64,000 bases of DNA from Minisyncoccia bacterium (GCA_046598345.1 JBKJIT010000004.1:201226-265225), one strand, 5' to 3'; positions 10,323 to 22,849 are shown, counted from the first letter of the stretch. Notes: generated from the letters alone by a model not told the origin. Program-made: numbers and translations.

Positions 10323-13300
10323 ATGCATTCAGTCTGGTATTTTTTGCTTCGCAAACGGGAATTTAGTGCGCTGCTTATTTTGACCCTCATTGCAATAGGT
10401 ATTTTCTCGTTGAATGCAATTCCTAAGGAGTCTTCCCCTGAGGTTATCGTACCTATTGGTATCGTAATTACAGTGCTCCCGGGTGCCTCTGCAATTGACA
10501 TTGAGGAGCTTATTACGAACAAGCTCGAGCAGGAAATTTCAAATCTCGATAACCTCGATTCCCTTACTTCAAGTTCGCGCGATGGATTTTCTCAGATTGC
10601 GGTAAATTTTGATGCTGATGCCGATATCGATAAATCAATTCAAGATCTCAAGGATGCTGTTGATACTGTAAAGGGTGAGCTCCCCCGTGATGCTAATGAT
10701 CCAATAGTAACTAAGGTAAATTTTGCTGATCAACCAATTCTTGTTCTTTCTATTTCATCAGATCTAGCAGCACTCGAATTTACGGAACTATCTGAAACAC
10801 TTGCTGACGAATTTGAAAGTGTTCCTGGTGTTTCAAAGGTGTCAATTGATGGACGAAGAGAGCGTGAGATTCAAGTTGTTGTACGTGAGTCAGCGCTTCA
10901 GACATTTGGATTGAACCTAAGTGATGTTACAAGGGCACTTGCAGGTGCAAACCTTACTATTCCCGTTGGAAATGTAATTACTGACAATGTGGAGTACGCA
11001 GTACGCTATGAAGGAAAGATTACTGATATTGCAGAGATTCAAAATATTCCAATTAGTACCGTCGCGGGTATTCCTGTGTACGTGCGAGATATTGCAACCG
11101 TCATTGATGGTGTTGCTCGGGAAGCAAGCATCTCTCGTGTATCTGTGGAGGGCAAGCCTTCGGAATCCGCTATCACACTCTCGATCTTTAAGCGTGCTGG
11201 TGTCGACGTTACCGAAATGGGTGATGCTGTTCATGCAAAGCTCGCCACACTACAGAGTGAAGGCGGAATACTTGCCTCTTCGCAGGTTCTTGTTGTGTTT
11301 GACCAAGCAAAGTATGTTCGGAAGGACTTGAACGACCTAATAGTTACGGGTTTTGAAACAGTGGCCCTCGTTATTCTCTGTCTCCTCCTTACTATTGGAT
11401 GGCGCGAATCCCTCGTCGCAGCATTATCGATCCCGCTCTCATTTGTGATCGCATTTATTGGACTGTACGCATCTGGGAATACTATTAACTTCGTTTCACT
11501 TTTTGCACTCATTCTTGCAATTGGTATTCTCGTCGACTCGGGTATTGTGATCACTGAGGCTATTCATACGCGTCTTCGTACTTATGGAAATGCGGATGAA
11601 GCAGCTCGTGCTTCAATTCAAGAATACGCGTGGCCTCTCATTGCTGGTACACTCACTACTGTTGCAGTATTTGCTCCACTTTTTTTCCTTTCAGGAATCA
11701 CTGGTGAATTCATAGCATCAATTCCATTCACTATTATTTTTGTTCTGATCGCCTCCATCATCGTTGCACTTGGAATGGTACCCCTTATTGCTATTTACCT
11801 TACCAAGCACTCGCACTCAAATAGGTTTGAAGAGCTTCAGGAAGAATATACGCACAAAGCACAGGCATGGTACAGAGAAAAACTAGTGCATTTCCTCGCA
11901 AACAAGAAAGCTCAGCGTTTCTTTCTCATTTCTCTTGCAGTAGGGTTTATACTCACCTGTATTCTTCCCTTTACTGGACTCCTTAAGATTATCTTTTTTC
12001 CACCAGAAGACGTTGATTTCGTATTCGTAGAGATTGAAGCAAAGCAAGGAACTCCTGTATCTGAAACTGATCTAACTCTTCGAGCTATGGAAGAAGTGCT
12101 GTATGAAAAGCCCTACGTTATCGCATTTACTTCTACAGCTGGTTCAGGTTCCGCATTTACTGGTACAGGCATCAGCGGTTCAAAATTTGGTAATTTTTCA
12201 ATTACTCTTCCTGAAGAACGAGAGGAATCAAGTGCTGAAATTGCAGCTGATCTACGCGAATCTCTTGGTGTATTCAAGAATGTAGACGTGCGGATAACTG
12301 AGCAACAGAATGGCCCACCTTCAGGTGCACCAGTATTCATCAAATTCTTTGGCGGTGACCTTTCAGAACTAGCTGTTATAGTTGAGCGTGCAGAAAAAAT
12401 TCTTACAACGATACAGGGTACAAGAGACGTAACACCAAGTACAAAAAGTAATGCAACAGAGCTTGTGCTCGAAGTAGACACAGACAAGGCGAGTGCTGCA
12501 GGAGTATCCCCACTTACAATCGGTGAGGTACTTCGTTCAGCAGTATTTGGACTTACTGCGACTACGATAACTAAGGAAGGTAATGACATTGATATCGTTG
12601 TTAAGCTTGAAGTAAATCCTGAAGCGCCTGACGTTACTGCAGCGCCAAATATCACTCTCGACGCACTTCGAAATCTCTCAGTGCCAACACAAACTGGTAC
12701 GTCTGTGCTACTTGGTTCCGTGGTACGTGAGCGTGCTGCACCGGCGAATGCTCTCATAAACCACGAAGACGAGGAGCGCATCGAATCAGTCTCAGCCTAC
12801 ACGGTTGCTCCAATGACAGCCGCAGAGGTTATTGCTGAGTTCAAGCGACGTGAGGCTGAACTCAATATCCCATCTACTGTTCGTATCTCTTACGGTGGTG
12901 AGACTGAGGATATTAATAAGTCATTCACAGAAATGGGACTCGCATTTGTTGCGGGACTCCTCCTGATGCTTGCGATTCTCGTACTTTCATTCAACTCAGT
13001 TCGCTATTCTCTCTACCTACTTCTTGCAGTACCGCTTTCGCTCATTGGAGTATTTGCAGGGCTCGCGCTCACTGGACTCGCCCTCTCGTTCACTTCTCTG
13101 CTTGGTGTAATTGCGCTTGCTGGAGTCATCATAAACCACGCAATTATACTCATGGATTCAATGATCCATCATCGTGACAATAGAAAGCCTGGGGAGTCAC
13201 TCATTGATGTTGTAGCTGATTCAGCGGTATCTCGCCTACGTCCAATCTTTCTCACCACAATCACAACTGTTGTGGGTATGATACCGCTTTCTACTATCTC

Positions 13301-13457
13301 AGACTTCTGGAGCCCACTCGCCTTTGCGATTATGTTCGGTCTTACCTTTGCGATGATTCTTACACTTGTACTTGTGCCGACACTCTTCTATCGCGCTGAA
13401 AAAAGAAAAGATGAAAAAGCTAAGAAACTGAACGCTGTAGAAACAGGAGCTTCCTAA
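10323..13457 (+). CDS. RND transporter permease (AcrB/AcrD/AcrF family)
   Basis: About 1044 aa, 12-TM pattern, AIGILVD and RLRPIFLTT motifs. Confidence 0.93.
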   Translation: MHSVWYFLLRKREFSALLILTLIAIGIFSLNAIPKESSPEVIVPIGIVITVLPGASAIDIEELITNKLEQEISNLDNLDSLTSSSRDGFSQIAVNFDADADIDKSIQDLKDAVDTVKGELPRDANDPIVTKVNFADQPILVLSISSDLAALEFTELSETLADEFESVPGVSKVSIDGRREREIQVVVRESALQTFGLNLSDVTRALAGANLTIPVGNVITDNVEYAVRYEGKITDIAEIQNIPISTVAGIPVYVRDIATVIDGVAREASISRVSVEGKPSESAITLSIFKRAGVDVTEMGDAVHAKLATLQSEGGILASSQVLVVFDQAKYVRKDLNDLIVTGFETVALVILCLLLTIGWRESLVAALSIPLSFVIAFIGLYASGNTINFVSLFALILAIGILVDSGIVITEAIHTRLRTYGNADEAARASIQEYAWPLIAGTLTTVAVFAPLFFLSGITGEFIASIPFTIIFVLIASIIVALGMVPLIAIYLTKHSHSNRFEELQEEYTHKAQAWYREKLVHFLANKKAQRFFLISLAVGFILTCILPFTGLLKIIFFPPEDVDFVFVEIEAKQGTPVSETDLTLRAMEEVLYEKPYVIAFTSTAGSGSAFTGTGISGSKFGNFSITLPEEREESSAEIAADLRESLGVFKNVDVRITEQQNGPPSGAPVFIKFFGGDLSELAVIVERAEKILTTIQGTRDVTPSTKSNATELVLEVDTDKASAAGVSPLTIGEVLRSAVFGLTATTITKEGNDIDIVVKLEVNPEAPDVTAAPNITLDALRNLSVPTQTGTSVLLGSVVRERAAPANALINHEDEERIESVSAYTVAPMTAAEVIAEFKRREAELNIPSTVRISYGGETEDINKSFTEMGLAFVAGLLLMLAILVLSFNSVRYSLYLLLAVPLSLIGVFAGLALTGLALSFTSLLGVIALAGVIINHAIILMDSMIHHRDNRKPGESLIDVVADSAVSRLRPIFLTTITTVVGMIPLSTISDFWSPLAFAIMFGLTFAMILTLVLVPTLFYRAEKRKDEKAKKLNAVETGAS

Positions 13458-13459
13458 AT

Positions 13460-13882
13460 TTAAAGATAGAACCATCCAATAACACCTGCCCCTATCCAGC
13501 TTATGCCTGAAACAGTCCCGCTTATAAAAAGCTGTGTCTTTTGTGTAGATGACAATTTAGCAAATGGTGTCTCAGAAGCAATTTTTGAAAGGCGTCCAAT
13601 AACAAAACTATTAGCGAAAAGTGCTAGAACCATACAAATCTTCAAATAAAATGGAGGATAGTATAAAAGCTCCTCAGACATTCGATAAAAAAGCATACCA
13701 CCAGTAAGTAGCATCAAGCTCAAACCAACAAATACTGTGTAATGCAGCTTGAGTGTACGTGAACGCGAAAGCGTTAGCTTTTTTCCAAATAGATATTGAA
13801 TTCCATCATGATCTGCTATGACAATAGCAATCGTCGTTAAGCAAAGTACTGCAAGATGTACGTTTACTAACTCAATTTCCAT
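13460..13882 (-). CDS. Four-TM membrane protein
   Basis: Hydrophobic helices with His residues. Confidence 0.6.
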   Translation of the reverse strand: MEIELVNVHLAVLCLTTIAIVIADHDGIQYLFGKKLTLSRSRTLKLHYTVFVGLSLMLLTGGMLFYRMSEELLYYPPFYLKICMVLALFANSFVIGRLSKIASETPFAKLSSTQKTQLFISGTVSGISWIGAGVIGWFYL

Positions 13883-13894
13883 AGGATTCCTTAA

Positions 13895-14470
13895 TTAGAC
13901 ACCCTTTGTTCCGAGTTCTTCCACTTGCTTTGCCCAGGCTACAAGCTTTACTTCTTGCACATGTTCAGAAGGTCCAAATGCCGAAACAGTAACTTTGAAT
14001 CCAGCAAAACCAAGGATACCGTGAGAGATTTCGTTCGTAAAATCTCCAAATTTCCACCAGGTTTTAAACGGACTCTCAGTACCAGCCACAATAATGACAC
14101 GCGCAGTCTTCCCTTTAAGACGCTGAATGAGCTTTCTTGTTACTTTATCAAAATTAAATGCAAAACCAGGAAGCCACATACGATCAAACATCCCTTTCAG
14201 TACCGCTGGCATTGTGCACCACCAGTTTGGATACACAAACACCACATGATCAGCCCAATTGATTTTCTCTTGAACCATCTTCAGATCAGGTTCGAGCTCC
14301 TGAATAACTTTGTATCCCTGATGAAGAATTGGATCAAACTGTAAATCCGAGATGTTGAGTCGCACCACCTGATGTCCAGCCTTTTGCGCAGCCTCTGCAT
14401 AGGTATCAGCTAATTTTCCTGAATACGTTGCTGCATCAGGATGTCCGAGAAATACAAGAATCTTTTTCAT
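13895..14470 (-). CDS. NAD(P)H-dependent oxidoreductase (flavodoxin-2 fold)
   Basis: GHP, WADHVVFVYPNWW..MPAVLKGMFDR. Confidence 0.9.
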   Translation of the reverse strand: MKKILVFLGHPDAATYSGKLADTYAEAAQKAGHQVVRLNISDLQFDPILHQGYKVIQELEPDLKMVQEKINWADHVVFVYPNWWCTMPAVLKGMFDRMWLPGFAFNFDKVTRKLIQRLKGKTARVIIVAGTESPFKTWWKFGDFTNEISHGILGFAGFKVTVSAFGPSEHVQEVKLVAWAKQVEELGTKGV

Positions 14471-14543
14471 GTCGTAAATACAGCCACCATTTTAGCACGG
14501 AGAGAAAGTACTAATACAGTTTGCTGTTTAAAACCCGAACGAG

Positions 14544-14834
14544 CTATCGGTGCAGCGTTCCGTTTGGATTAAACCGTGTACCACTGCGCGTTGGGATCTT
14601 ATTGCCCATTGCTTCCTGGAGTTCAGCTTGATATTTAGGCATTACCTTCATAGCTGCAGCCATTTGATCCTTTCCCTTTTTCATCTCCGCCTGCATTTCA
14701 GTTGAAATTTTTTCAAATAGTTCTGGCTTCTTCTCAAGCATAGTGAGTATCATTTCTCTTTGTTCTGCTGGAGCATCCTTGAGTTGCCGCTCGAGGAGCT
14801 TTTTCATCATAAAATTTTTTGCTTTTCCAAACAT
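14544..14834 (-). CDS. Met/Lys-rich hypothetical protein
   Basis: 96-aa helical ORF. Confidence 0.6.
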   Translation of the reverse strand: MFGKAKNFMMKKLLERQLKDAPAEQREMILTMLEKKPELFEKISTEMQAEMKKGKDQMAAAMKVMPKYQAELQEAMGNKIPTRSGTRFNPNGTLHR

Positions 14835-14855
14835 ATGGTCTAATGAAATTTATAC

Positions 14856-14884
14856 TTGACTAAAATTAACTATCGTGCTATTGT
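14856..14884 (+). promoter_or_regulatory. Sigma70 promoter with extended -10
   Basis: TTGACT-N17-TATTGT, with TGn before the -10. Confidence 0.65.
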
Positions 14885-14890
14885 ATATTA

Positions 14891-15014
14891 TGTTGTTGTC
14901 GTGCGCTGTCGTGTCGCATTATCGCATGGTGCGCCCACGTCGCGTCGAGGCCTCCCTTCTCGAATCGACAGCAACTTTGCCGCGAGCATCCTCTGGGTGA
15001 GCGCGGTTTTTTTT
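14891..15014 (+). ncRNA. Putative stand-alone small RNA (three-way junction plus terminator)
   Basis: 10-bp closing stem 14892-14901/14966-14975, two inner arms, GC-rich hairpin plus T8; GC-rich island in AT-rich spacer. Confidence 0.65.
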
Positions 15015-15037
15015 GTCCACATCGAGACTCTTGGTGG

Positions 15038-15289
15038 CTACAATAGTATTGTAACTTGATTTTGACTTACCTCAAGAATGCCATTTGAGATTTCATATTG
15101 CTCTAATTCTGTATTTCCCTTTTTTACAACGACAGTACCTGCTGTAAGCAACGAGATAAAGGGTTCGTGGTGTGCAAGCAAAGTGAGTGCACCCTCGCTT
15201 CCAGGAACAGTCACCGAAAGAGCTTGACCTCTAAATACAGGCTCATCGACTCGTGTGATAGTTAACTCAAAATGTGCTGATGAAGCCAT
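15038..15289 (-). CDS. atpC: ATP synthase epsilon subunit (N-terminal domain only)
   Basis: VPGSEGALTLLAHHEPFIS; last gene of the atp operon. Confidence 0.9.
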   Translation of the reverse strand: MASSAHFELTITRVDEPVFRGQALSVTVPGSEGALTLLAHHEPFISLLTAGTVVVKKGNTELEQYEISNGILEVSQNQVTILL

Positions 15290-15294
15290 AGTGT

Positions 15295-16689
<1,395 letters not shown>

Positions 16690-16719
16690 TTAATGGTGAA
16701 TGATAATTGATGGACAATT

Positions 16720-17631
16720 CTATTTTTGCTTCATGGCCTCGATACCTCCGGTGATTTCTGAAACTTCTGCTGTGATGACGCTCTGTCGTTCCTTGTTATA
16801 GAGGATGGTGAGCGCCTTACCTACCTCTTTTGCCTTGTCTGTGGCGTTCTTCATTGCAACCATGCGGGCTGAGTGCTCGCTCGCCTTTGATTCTAGGAGC
16901 GCATGGTAAATCATAATTTGTACTAGCTTTGGAAAAAGCGTATTAAGGACGCTTTCGTCAGAAGGTTCTACTGTATACGTGGTAGTACCAAGGCTTTGCT
17001 CGAAAGCACTAAACTTACCTTTCTTTGGAAGAATATCTTCAATCATTCGTTCAAGGTCTTCTTTTGCAATTGGAAGCAGCTTTCGCTTAGCTGCTTTTTG
17101 TTCAAATGTTGAGACAAAGTTTTGGAAGACGATTGAAACAGTATGGTATTTCCCACTCACAAACCCTTCAGTTACCTGTTCTGTTACTTCTTCAAGCTCT
17201 GTGAGGCTGATTTCATCACGTACGTTCAGATATTCTTTTTTGATCGTGTATCCACGTCTCGAGAAGAACTCAAATCCCTTTTTCCCAAATGAAAAAATCT
17301 CCACTTTGTCTGTATCGATTCCGGAAAGATGGAGAGTGGCTTCCTTGAGCACAGCTCCATTGAGGTTACCTGCAAGTCCTTTATCTGATGTAATAACAAT
17401 GAGACAGTCGTGTGTTCCGTTTCCTTCTTGCATATAGGCGCTTCCTTTAGCTTCGAGGCTTCCTGAAACACGCCCTAAAATACGTAGTGCTGCCTCAGCA
17501 TATGGCCTTCCAGTAAGTGCGCGTTCTTGGCTTTTCCGCATTTTTACAGCAGAAACAGCCTCCATCGCCTTCGTCACTTTACTCGTGCGACCGATCGACT
17601 TTATTTTGCTTTTAATATGCTTAAGCGCCAT
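16720..17631 (-). CDS. atpG: ATP synthase gamma subunit
   Basis: TSDKGLAG, SEHSARMVAMKNATD, RQSVITAEVSEI. Confidence 0.96.
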   Translation of the reverse strand: MALKHIKSKIKSIGRTSKVTKAMEAVSAVKMRKSQERALTGRPYAEAALRILGRVSGSLEAKGSAYMQEGNGTHDCLIVITSDKGLAGNLNGAVLKEATLHLSGIDTDKVEIFSFGKKGFEFFSRRGYTIKKEYLNVRDEISLTELEEVTEQVTEGFVSGKYHTVSIVFQNFVSTFEQKAAKRKLLPIAKEDLERMIEDILPKKGKFSAFEQSLGTTTYTVEPSDESVLNTLFPKLVQIMIYHALLESKASEHSARMVAMKNATDKAKEVGKALTILYNKERQSVITAEVSEITGGIEAMKQK

Positions 17632-17635
17632 GTAG

Positions 17636-19201
17636 TTATGCTTGGTAGAATTCCTTATGAGTTTCAATAAACAATGTCATAGCAGTTTTAAGGTCAGCTT
17701 CAGTAACGTCCGAAATCGCGCGTTCATTTTTAATTGAATCAAAGATACTCATCTTTTCACGTTCGATCATTTCGAGGAATGCCGTCTCAATTTTTCGTAC
17801 ATCTTCAACGCGAGCTCCTTCAAGGAGACCGTTGTTTGCACCATAGATAGATACAACCTGCTTGTAGAATGGCATTGTCTCGTGCTGATTTTGCTTCAAT
17901 AGCTCTGTGTACTTACGTCCACTCAAAATTCGCTTCTTTGTGTCCTCATCGAGATCACTTGCAAACTGCATGAAAGCCTCAAGCTCACGAAACTGTGCAA
18001 GTTCAAGTCGAATTTTTCCAGCAACTTTTTTCATTGCCTTTGTCTGCGCGCTACTACCCACTCGAGATACTGAAATACCTACGTTAAGCGCTGGGCGAAT
18101 CCCTTTGTTAAAGAGGTCAGTCTCAAGGAAGATCTGTCCGTCCGTGATCGAGATCACATTCGTAGGAATGTACGCTGACACATCCCCTTCTTGTGTCTCA
18201 ATGATCGGAAGTGCTGTGAGAGAACCGCCACCAAGTTCTGGTGAAAGTTTTGCCGCTCGCTCAAGAAGCCTTGAGTGAAGATAAAAAATGTCTCCTGGGT
18301 ACGCCTCGCGTCCTGGTGGACGGCGGAGAAGTAGTGACATCTGGCGATACGCAACCGCGTGTTTGGAAAGGTCGTCATACACAATAAGTGCATCTTTTCC
18401 TTTTTCCATGAAATATTCTCCAATTGCAGCACCTGCAAACGGAGCGAGGAAGAGAAGCGCAGCAGGGTCAGCCGCTGAAGTTGATACGACGATAGTGTAT
18501 TCCATTGCGCCCTCAGCTTCGAGTTCAGCAACTATACGAGCAGTCTTTGATTCCTTCTGTCCAATCGCAACATATATACAAATAGGACGCGTTTCTTTCG
18601 GTTCATACTTCTGATTGATAATGGTATCAATCGCCACAACAGTTTTACCAGTGGCTCTGTCTCCAATGATGAGTTCCCGCTGACCACGTCCAATAGGAAT
18701 CATCGAGTCGATTGCCTTAATTCCAGTGTGTATTGGCTCGTTTACCGACGAGCGATCCATAACTCCATACGCAACACGTTCAATCGCCATCTCACGATCC
18801 GTAGTAAGTGCTGCTTTACCATCAAGCACTTCACCGAGTGGATTTACGATACGTCCTACAATGCTGTCTCCTACAGGAATACTGAGGAGTTTTCCAGTAC
18901 GCTTTACCTGCATACCTTCCCTGATGCGTGTGGCATCGCCAAGCACCACTGCTTTCACGGTTTCTTCCTCAAGGTTAAGGACGAGTCCATAGAGCACATC
19001 TGCATGTTCGATCGCTTCTTTAAGTGATCGCCCTTCGGTGTCGTCGAAGAGTATCATCTCCATCATCTGTGCGCTTCGGAGGCCTTCAATTTCTGCAACT
19101 CCGTCACCCACAGCGACTACTGAGCCAACTTCTTCAGTATTAGTTGCTACATCAAGGGATGCGATCTCTTTTTTAATGCGTTCAATAAGTGCAGTGCTCA
19201 T
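17636..19201 (-). CDS. atpA: ATP synthase alpha subunit
   Basis: [27 protein letters not shown]. Confidence 0.98.
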   Translation of the reverse strand: MSTALIERIKKEIASLDVATNTEEVGSVVAVGDGVAEIEGLRSAQMMEMILFDDTEGRSLKEAIEHADVLYGLVLNLEEETVKAVVLGDATRIREGMQVKRTGKLLSIPVGDSIVGRIVNPLGEVLDGKAALTTDREMAIERVAYGVMDRSSVNEPIHTGIKAIDSMIPIGRGQRELIIGDRATGKTVVAIDTIINQKYEPKETRPICIYVAIGQKESKTARIVAELEAEGAMEYTIVVSTSAADPAALLFLAPFAGAAIGEYFMEKGKDALIVYDDLSKHAVAYRQMSLLLRRPPGREAYPGDIFYLHSRLLERAAKLSPELGGGSLTALPIIETQEGDVSAYIPTNVISITDGQIFLETDLFNKGIRPALNVGISVSRVGSSAQTKAMKKVAGKIRLELAQFRELEAFMQFASDLDEDTKKRILSGRKYTELLKQNQHETMPFYKQVVSIYGANNGLLEGARVEDVRKIETAFLEMIEREKMSIFDSIKNERAISDVTEADLKTAMTLFIETHKEFYQA

Positions 19202-19203
19202 AA

Positions 19204-19590
19204 TTAACTCGTTAATGTGCGGTAAAGCGTTAATAATTGTTTTTTGTAACTTGCATCAATAATTTTGTCCTCGTGCTTCACAACTACTCCTCCCACGATT
19301 GTCTCGTCGATGGTTAGGGTGTAGTCCGAATTAGTTGAAAGAGATTCTAGAAGATGTGTGATTTTTTCCTTGTGTGCGTTTTCATCCTTTGCTTTGGCAA
19401 GTGTAACTTGTGGCACAAGGGCGCCCTCTTCTGCCTCTATGCGTATCAAAAGACGCTTTAGGATTCGAGGAAGTAGACGAGTATGCCCTTTTCGAGTCAG
19501 ACTTTCCTTGAGTCTTTTGATGACGCTCTCTGGGGTCTTTCCTTCCCCAAGGAGTTCTAGAACGGCTGTTGTGTAATCTTCAGTCAGCAT
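19204..19590 (-). CDS. atpH: ATP synthase delta subunit (short)
   Basis: [11 protein letters not shown]...IIDAS motif; position between atpF and atpA. Confidence 0.88.
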   Translation of the reverse strand: MLTEDYTTAVLELLGEGKTPESVIKRLKESLTRKGHTRLLPRILKRLLIRIEAEEGALVPQVTLAKAKDENAHKEKITHLLESLSTNSDYTLTIDETIVGGVVVKHEDKIIDASYKKQLLTLYRTLTS

Positions 19591-19591
19591 A

Positions 19592-20038
19592 CTACTTTGC
19601 ATCTTTTAAGATTTTTTCCGCCGCAAGAATCGCGATCTTTGCGATTTCGGCTTCACTTTCTCGTTCTGCCTTCTTTTTAAGTTCCTCAGCCTTTTCTGCA
19701 GCATCACTCATAACCCTTGTAGCTTTCTGCTCAGCTGCTCCTAGAATCTCAGCTCCTTTGACCTCGGCTCGCTCACTCGCCTTTCCTACAATGTCCTTTG
19801 CCTCATGTTCAGCATGCGTAAGAATCTCTCCACGCTTTGCATTCGCGTTTTCAAGCTCACGTCCCGCCGCCTCAGCGTCTTTCACACCTTTCTCAATCTT
19901 CTTTTGTCTATCCTGAAGAAGTGTAAGTACCGGCGTATAGAGGAAATACCACAATAGCCCCGCAAGGAGCGCGAAATTAAACATCTGGATGACAATGAGT
20001 CGCCAGTCGATGCCAAATGCTGTAAGTACTTCCTCCAT
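19592..20038 (-). CDS. atpF: ATP synthase b subunit
   Basis: N-terminal TM (QMFNF..L..LL), charged coiled coil. Confidence 0.93.
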   Translation of the reverse strand: MEEVLTAFGIDWRLIVIQMFNFALLAGLLWYFLYTPVLTLLQDRQKKIEKGVKDAEAAGRELENANAKRGEILTHAEHEAKDIVGKASERAEVKGAEILGAAEQKATRVMSDAAEKAEELKKKAERESEAEIAKIAILAAEKILKDAK

Positions 20039-20046
20039 ATAGTGAA

Positions 20047-20347
<301 letters not shown>

Positions 20348-20354
20348 ACACTAA

Positions 20355-21125
20355 TTAATGTGGTTCCTCGATCGCCAATTTAATAAAAAATAGGGTCAAA
20401 ACAGCAAAAATGAACGCTTGAATGAGCCCTACAAACATCTCAAAAGCTAGAATCGGTACAGGAAGGATAAACGGTACAAAAAACATGGCTATAACAAGCA
20501 GTGTTTTTCCCGCAAAAATATTTCCAAAGAGACGGAATGAGAACGAAATAAGTCGCGCAAGCTCACTAAAGAGCTCAATAATACCAATAAGAAATGCGAG
20601 CGGTGATTTAAAGTTAATGAACTTCCCTGCGTACTTCCAAAGTCCAATGATAAGAACTCCTGAGAGCTCGATTGCAACAAACGCTATGATTGCAATCGCA
20701 ATCGTCATATTGAGGTCAGTATTCACTGGGTGAAGAAATGGAATAAGCGTCTCTTCACCGTGTGAAGTGGAGTAGATTCCGATTGAATCAACTCCAGGAA
20801 TAAGACCAATCCAATTCATCGCGAGAATGAACACAAAAATGGTCATAATAAGCGGGAAAAAACGTTTTGCAAGATCCTTATTCTCAAAAACGTCAGAGAC
20901 ATAGTCGAACGCCCCACCCACAAGAGCTTCAGCAATAACTTGGGCTTTCCCAGGAATAAGGGCGAGCTTGCGCTTAAGGAGGAGTGCTGCCAGAACGAGC
21001 ACGAACATAGTAAGCCACGAGGTCACAAGAGTGCTCGTAATCGGTACCCCAAATGCATGCCCCAAAATGGGGGGTGCAAGGTGTATGGCAATGCCTTCTT
21101 CGGCTGCTGCGTATGCAATATTCAT
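20355..21125 (-). CDS. atpB: ATP synthase a subunit
   Basis: SFRLFGNIFAG, IQAFIF; start placed at MNIAY. Confidence 0.95.
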   Translation of the reverse strand: MNIAYAAAEEGIAIHLAPPILGHAFGVPITSTLVTSWLTMFVLVLAALLLKRKLALIPGKAQVIAEALVGGAFDYVSDVFENKDLAKRFFPLIMTIFVFILAMNWIGLIPGVDSIGIYSTSHGEETLIPFLHPVNTDLNMTIAIAIIAFVAIELSGVLIIGLWKYAGKFINFKSPLAFLIGIIELFSELARLISFSFRLFGNIFAGKTLLVIAMFFVPFILPVPILAFEMFVGLIQAFIFAVLTLFFIKLAIEEPH

Positions 21126-21190
21126 AGAAAATGCGCCCGAATAATAGCAGAAAAACACCATAAGATAAAGCGCAGATTGTGTGTATGTAT

Positions 21191-21228
21191 AGTAAACCCG
21201 CCAGAGTAACTTGGCGGGTTTACTTTTT
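21191..21228. terminator. Intrinsic terminator-like hairpin
   Basis: AGTAAACCCGCCA-N8-TGGCGGGTTTACT followed by T-run. Confidence 0.8.
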
Positions 21229-21243
21229 GATCAATAAAAAAAC

Positions 21244-21798
21244 TTACTTCTGAGTTTCCCAATACTTCAGCTCTGAGAACATATTCACGAGAGTCTTAAG
21301 AAGGTTGTAGATCGAGTCACGAAGCTCGCTAGCACGATCAGTACCAGTTGCTTCCGTAATGCCAGCATCTGGGTCAGCCTTTTCAAGATCCGCGATAAAG
21401 TCCTTGGCCATTTGCGAATCTGCTGGAAGTGTCTGAGTTACTGTACGTACACCAAATTCATTTATTGTTGTAAGAAATACAGTTGACTTCCCTTCTGCAG
21501 CTGGACCATTGCTGCAAAAATACTGCCAATCTTGACTCCACTGGTGCTCTACCCAGATCTTAGGAGCGACCCATCCCTTCAATGCCTTGGTAACGGTAAC
21601 TACTTGGGTATGATTGGAAGTGACTTTTGTCGCTGTTCCAATAAATACCTGTGTTTCCTCGTCAGTAACAACCAAGTTAAGATAATCTTCAACCGGAAGA
21701 CAACTGAGCGCGTGTGCGCTTCCTGCTCCAGAGAACAGCATAAGTGCAAGACCAATTGCTATTAAACCTTTTTGCATATTTTTTATACCAATACTCAT
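21244..21798 (-). CDS. Secreted hypothetical protein (TIMP/NTR-like)
   Basis: Signal peptide ending AHA, then LSCLP; second Cys downstream. Confidence 0.55.
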   Translation of the reverse strand: MSIGIKNMQKGLIAIGLALMLFSGAGSAHALSCLPVEDYLNLVVTDEETQVFIGTATKVTSNHTQVVTVTKALKGWVAPKIWVEHQWSQDWQYFCSNGPAAEGKSTVFLTTINEFGVRTVTQTLPADSQMAKDFIADLEKADPDAGITEATGTDRASELRDSIYNLLKTLVNMFSELKYWETQK

Positions 21799-21883
21799 AC
21801 TTAATACTTATACTAAACATCGCTATATACTATTCTACGAGGGTTTAGAGAAAAGGTAACACTTCAACACTTCTACTATGTAT

Positions 21884-22783
21884 TTAACTCAAGAGTTTTA
21901 ATAGCAGGGCCATGCGCACCAAAACCCCATAACGAACCTGCCTAAAATAGGCTGCTTTGGGCAACACGTCGAGTGCTGGATCAATCTCATCAACACGAGG
22001 AAGTGGATGTAGTATGATTGCACCTGCTTTCATATGCTCAGTATTGCTGGGGGTTAAAATATAGCTCCCTTTGAATTTTTCATACTCACTCTCTGAAGAA
22101 AATCGTTCTTTTTGGATCCTTGTTTGATAAATAGCATCTACCTCTGTGACTAAATGTTCAAAGTGAGGATGCTCACTATATGAAACTCCATGCTTAGTGA
22201 GATACTCCTTAATATCATCACCAATTTTGAGTTCATCAGGAGAAACTAGATGGATCTGAATATTCTCATATTTACCCAAAAGATAGCAAAGTGAGCGCAC
22301 AGTTCTTCCATTCTTTAAATCACCCATGAGTGCAATATGAATCCCATCTATCTGCCCAAGCTCGCGCTCGAGCGTATACAAGTCTAGAAGTGCTTGCGTA
22401 GGATGTTGGCCGGTCCCATCTCCAGCATTAATTATGGGAACTGAAGAGACGTTAGCAGCACGCTCAGCTGTTCCTGCTTCGAAGTGTCTTAGTACAATTG
22501 CGTCAGCATAATTTCCTACAACTTTAATACTATCCTCAAGTGTCTCCCCTTTAATCGCTGAGGAAAACTCTTTCGCATTTTCTGTCGTAAGTACATTTCC
22601 CCCAAGGCGCATCATCGCTGATTCAAATGAAAGCCTTGTTCTCGTACTCGGCTCATAAAATAGTGAGGCGAGGATTTTCCCCTGAAGTGGTCTTTCTGTA
22701 TTGGTTTGACATGCATCAGCTACACTGAACAAATCCGTAAGCTCCTCACGATCAAACTGCTGAGCCTCAATAAGGTGTTTCAT
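21884..22783 (-). CDS. pyrB: Aspartate carbamoyltransferase catalytic subunit
   Basis: FYEPSTRTRLSFE, NAGDG.GQHPTQ, HPLPR. Confidence 0.97.
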   Translation of the reverse strand: MKHLIEAQQFDREELTDLFSVADACQTNTERPLQGKILASLFYEPSTRTRLSFESAMMRLGGNVLTTENAKEFSSAIKGETLEDSIKVVGNYADAIVLRHFEAGTAERAANVSSVPIINAGDGTGQHPTQALLDLYTLERELGQIDGIHIALMGDLKNGRTVRSLCYLLGKYENIQIHLVSPDELKIGDDIKEYLTKHGVSYSEHPHFEHLVTEVDAIYQTRIQKERFSSESEYEKFKGSYILTPSNTEHMKAGAIILHPLPRVDEIDPALDVLPKAAYFRQVRYGVLVRMALLLKLLS

Positions 22784-22849
22784 GGGGATTAGTATATCAG
22801 TAAGGGGCTTCCACGCTCTGGAAACACTTTTACCGAGCTCATTCAGGCA

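Noticed and set aside
14856-15059. 67-aa + strand ORF
   Set aside because: Starts in the -35 box and crosses a terminator; better explained as an ncRNA
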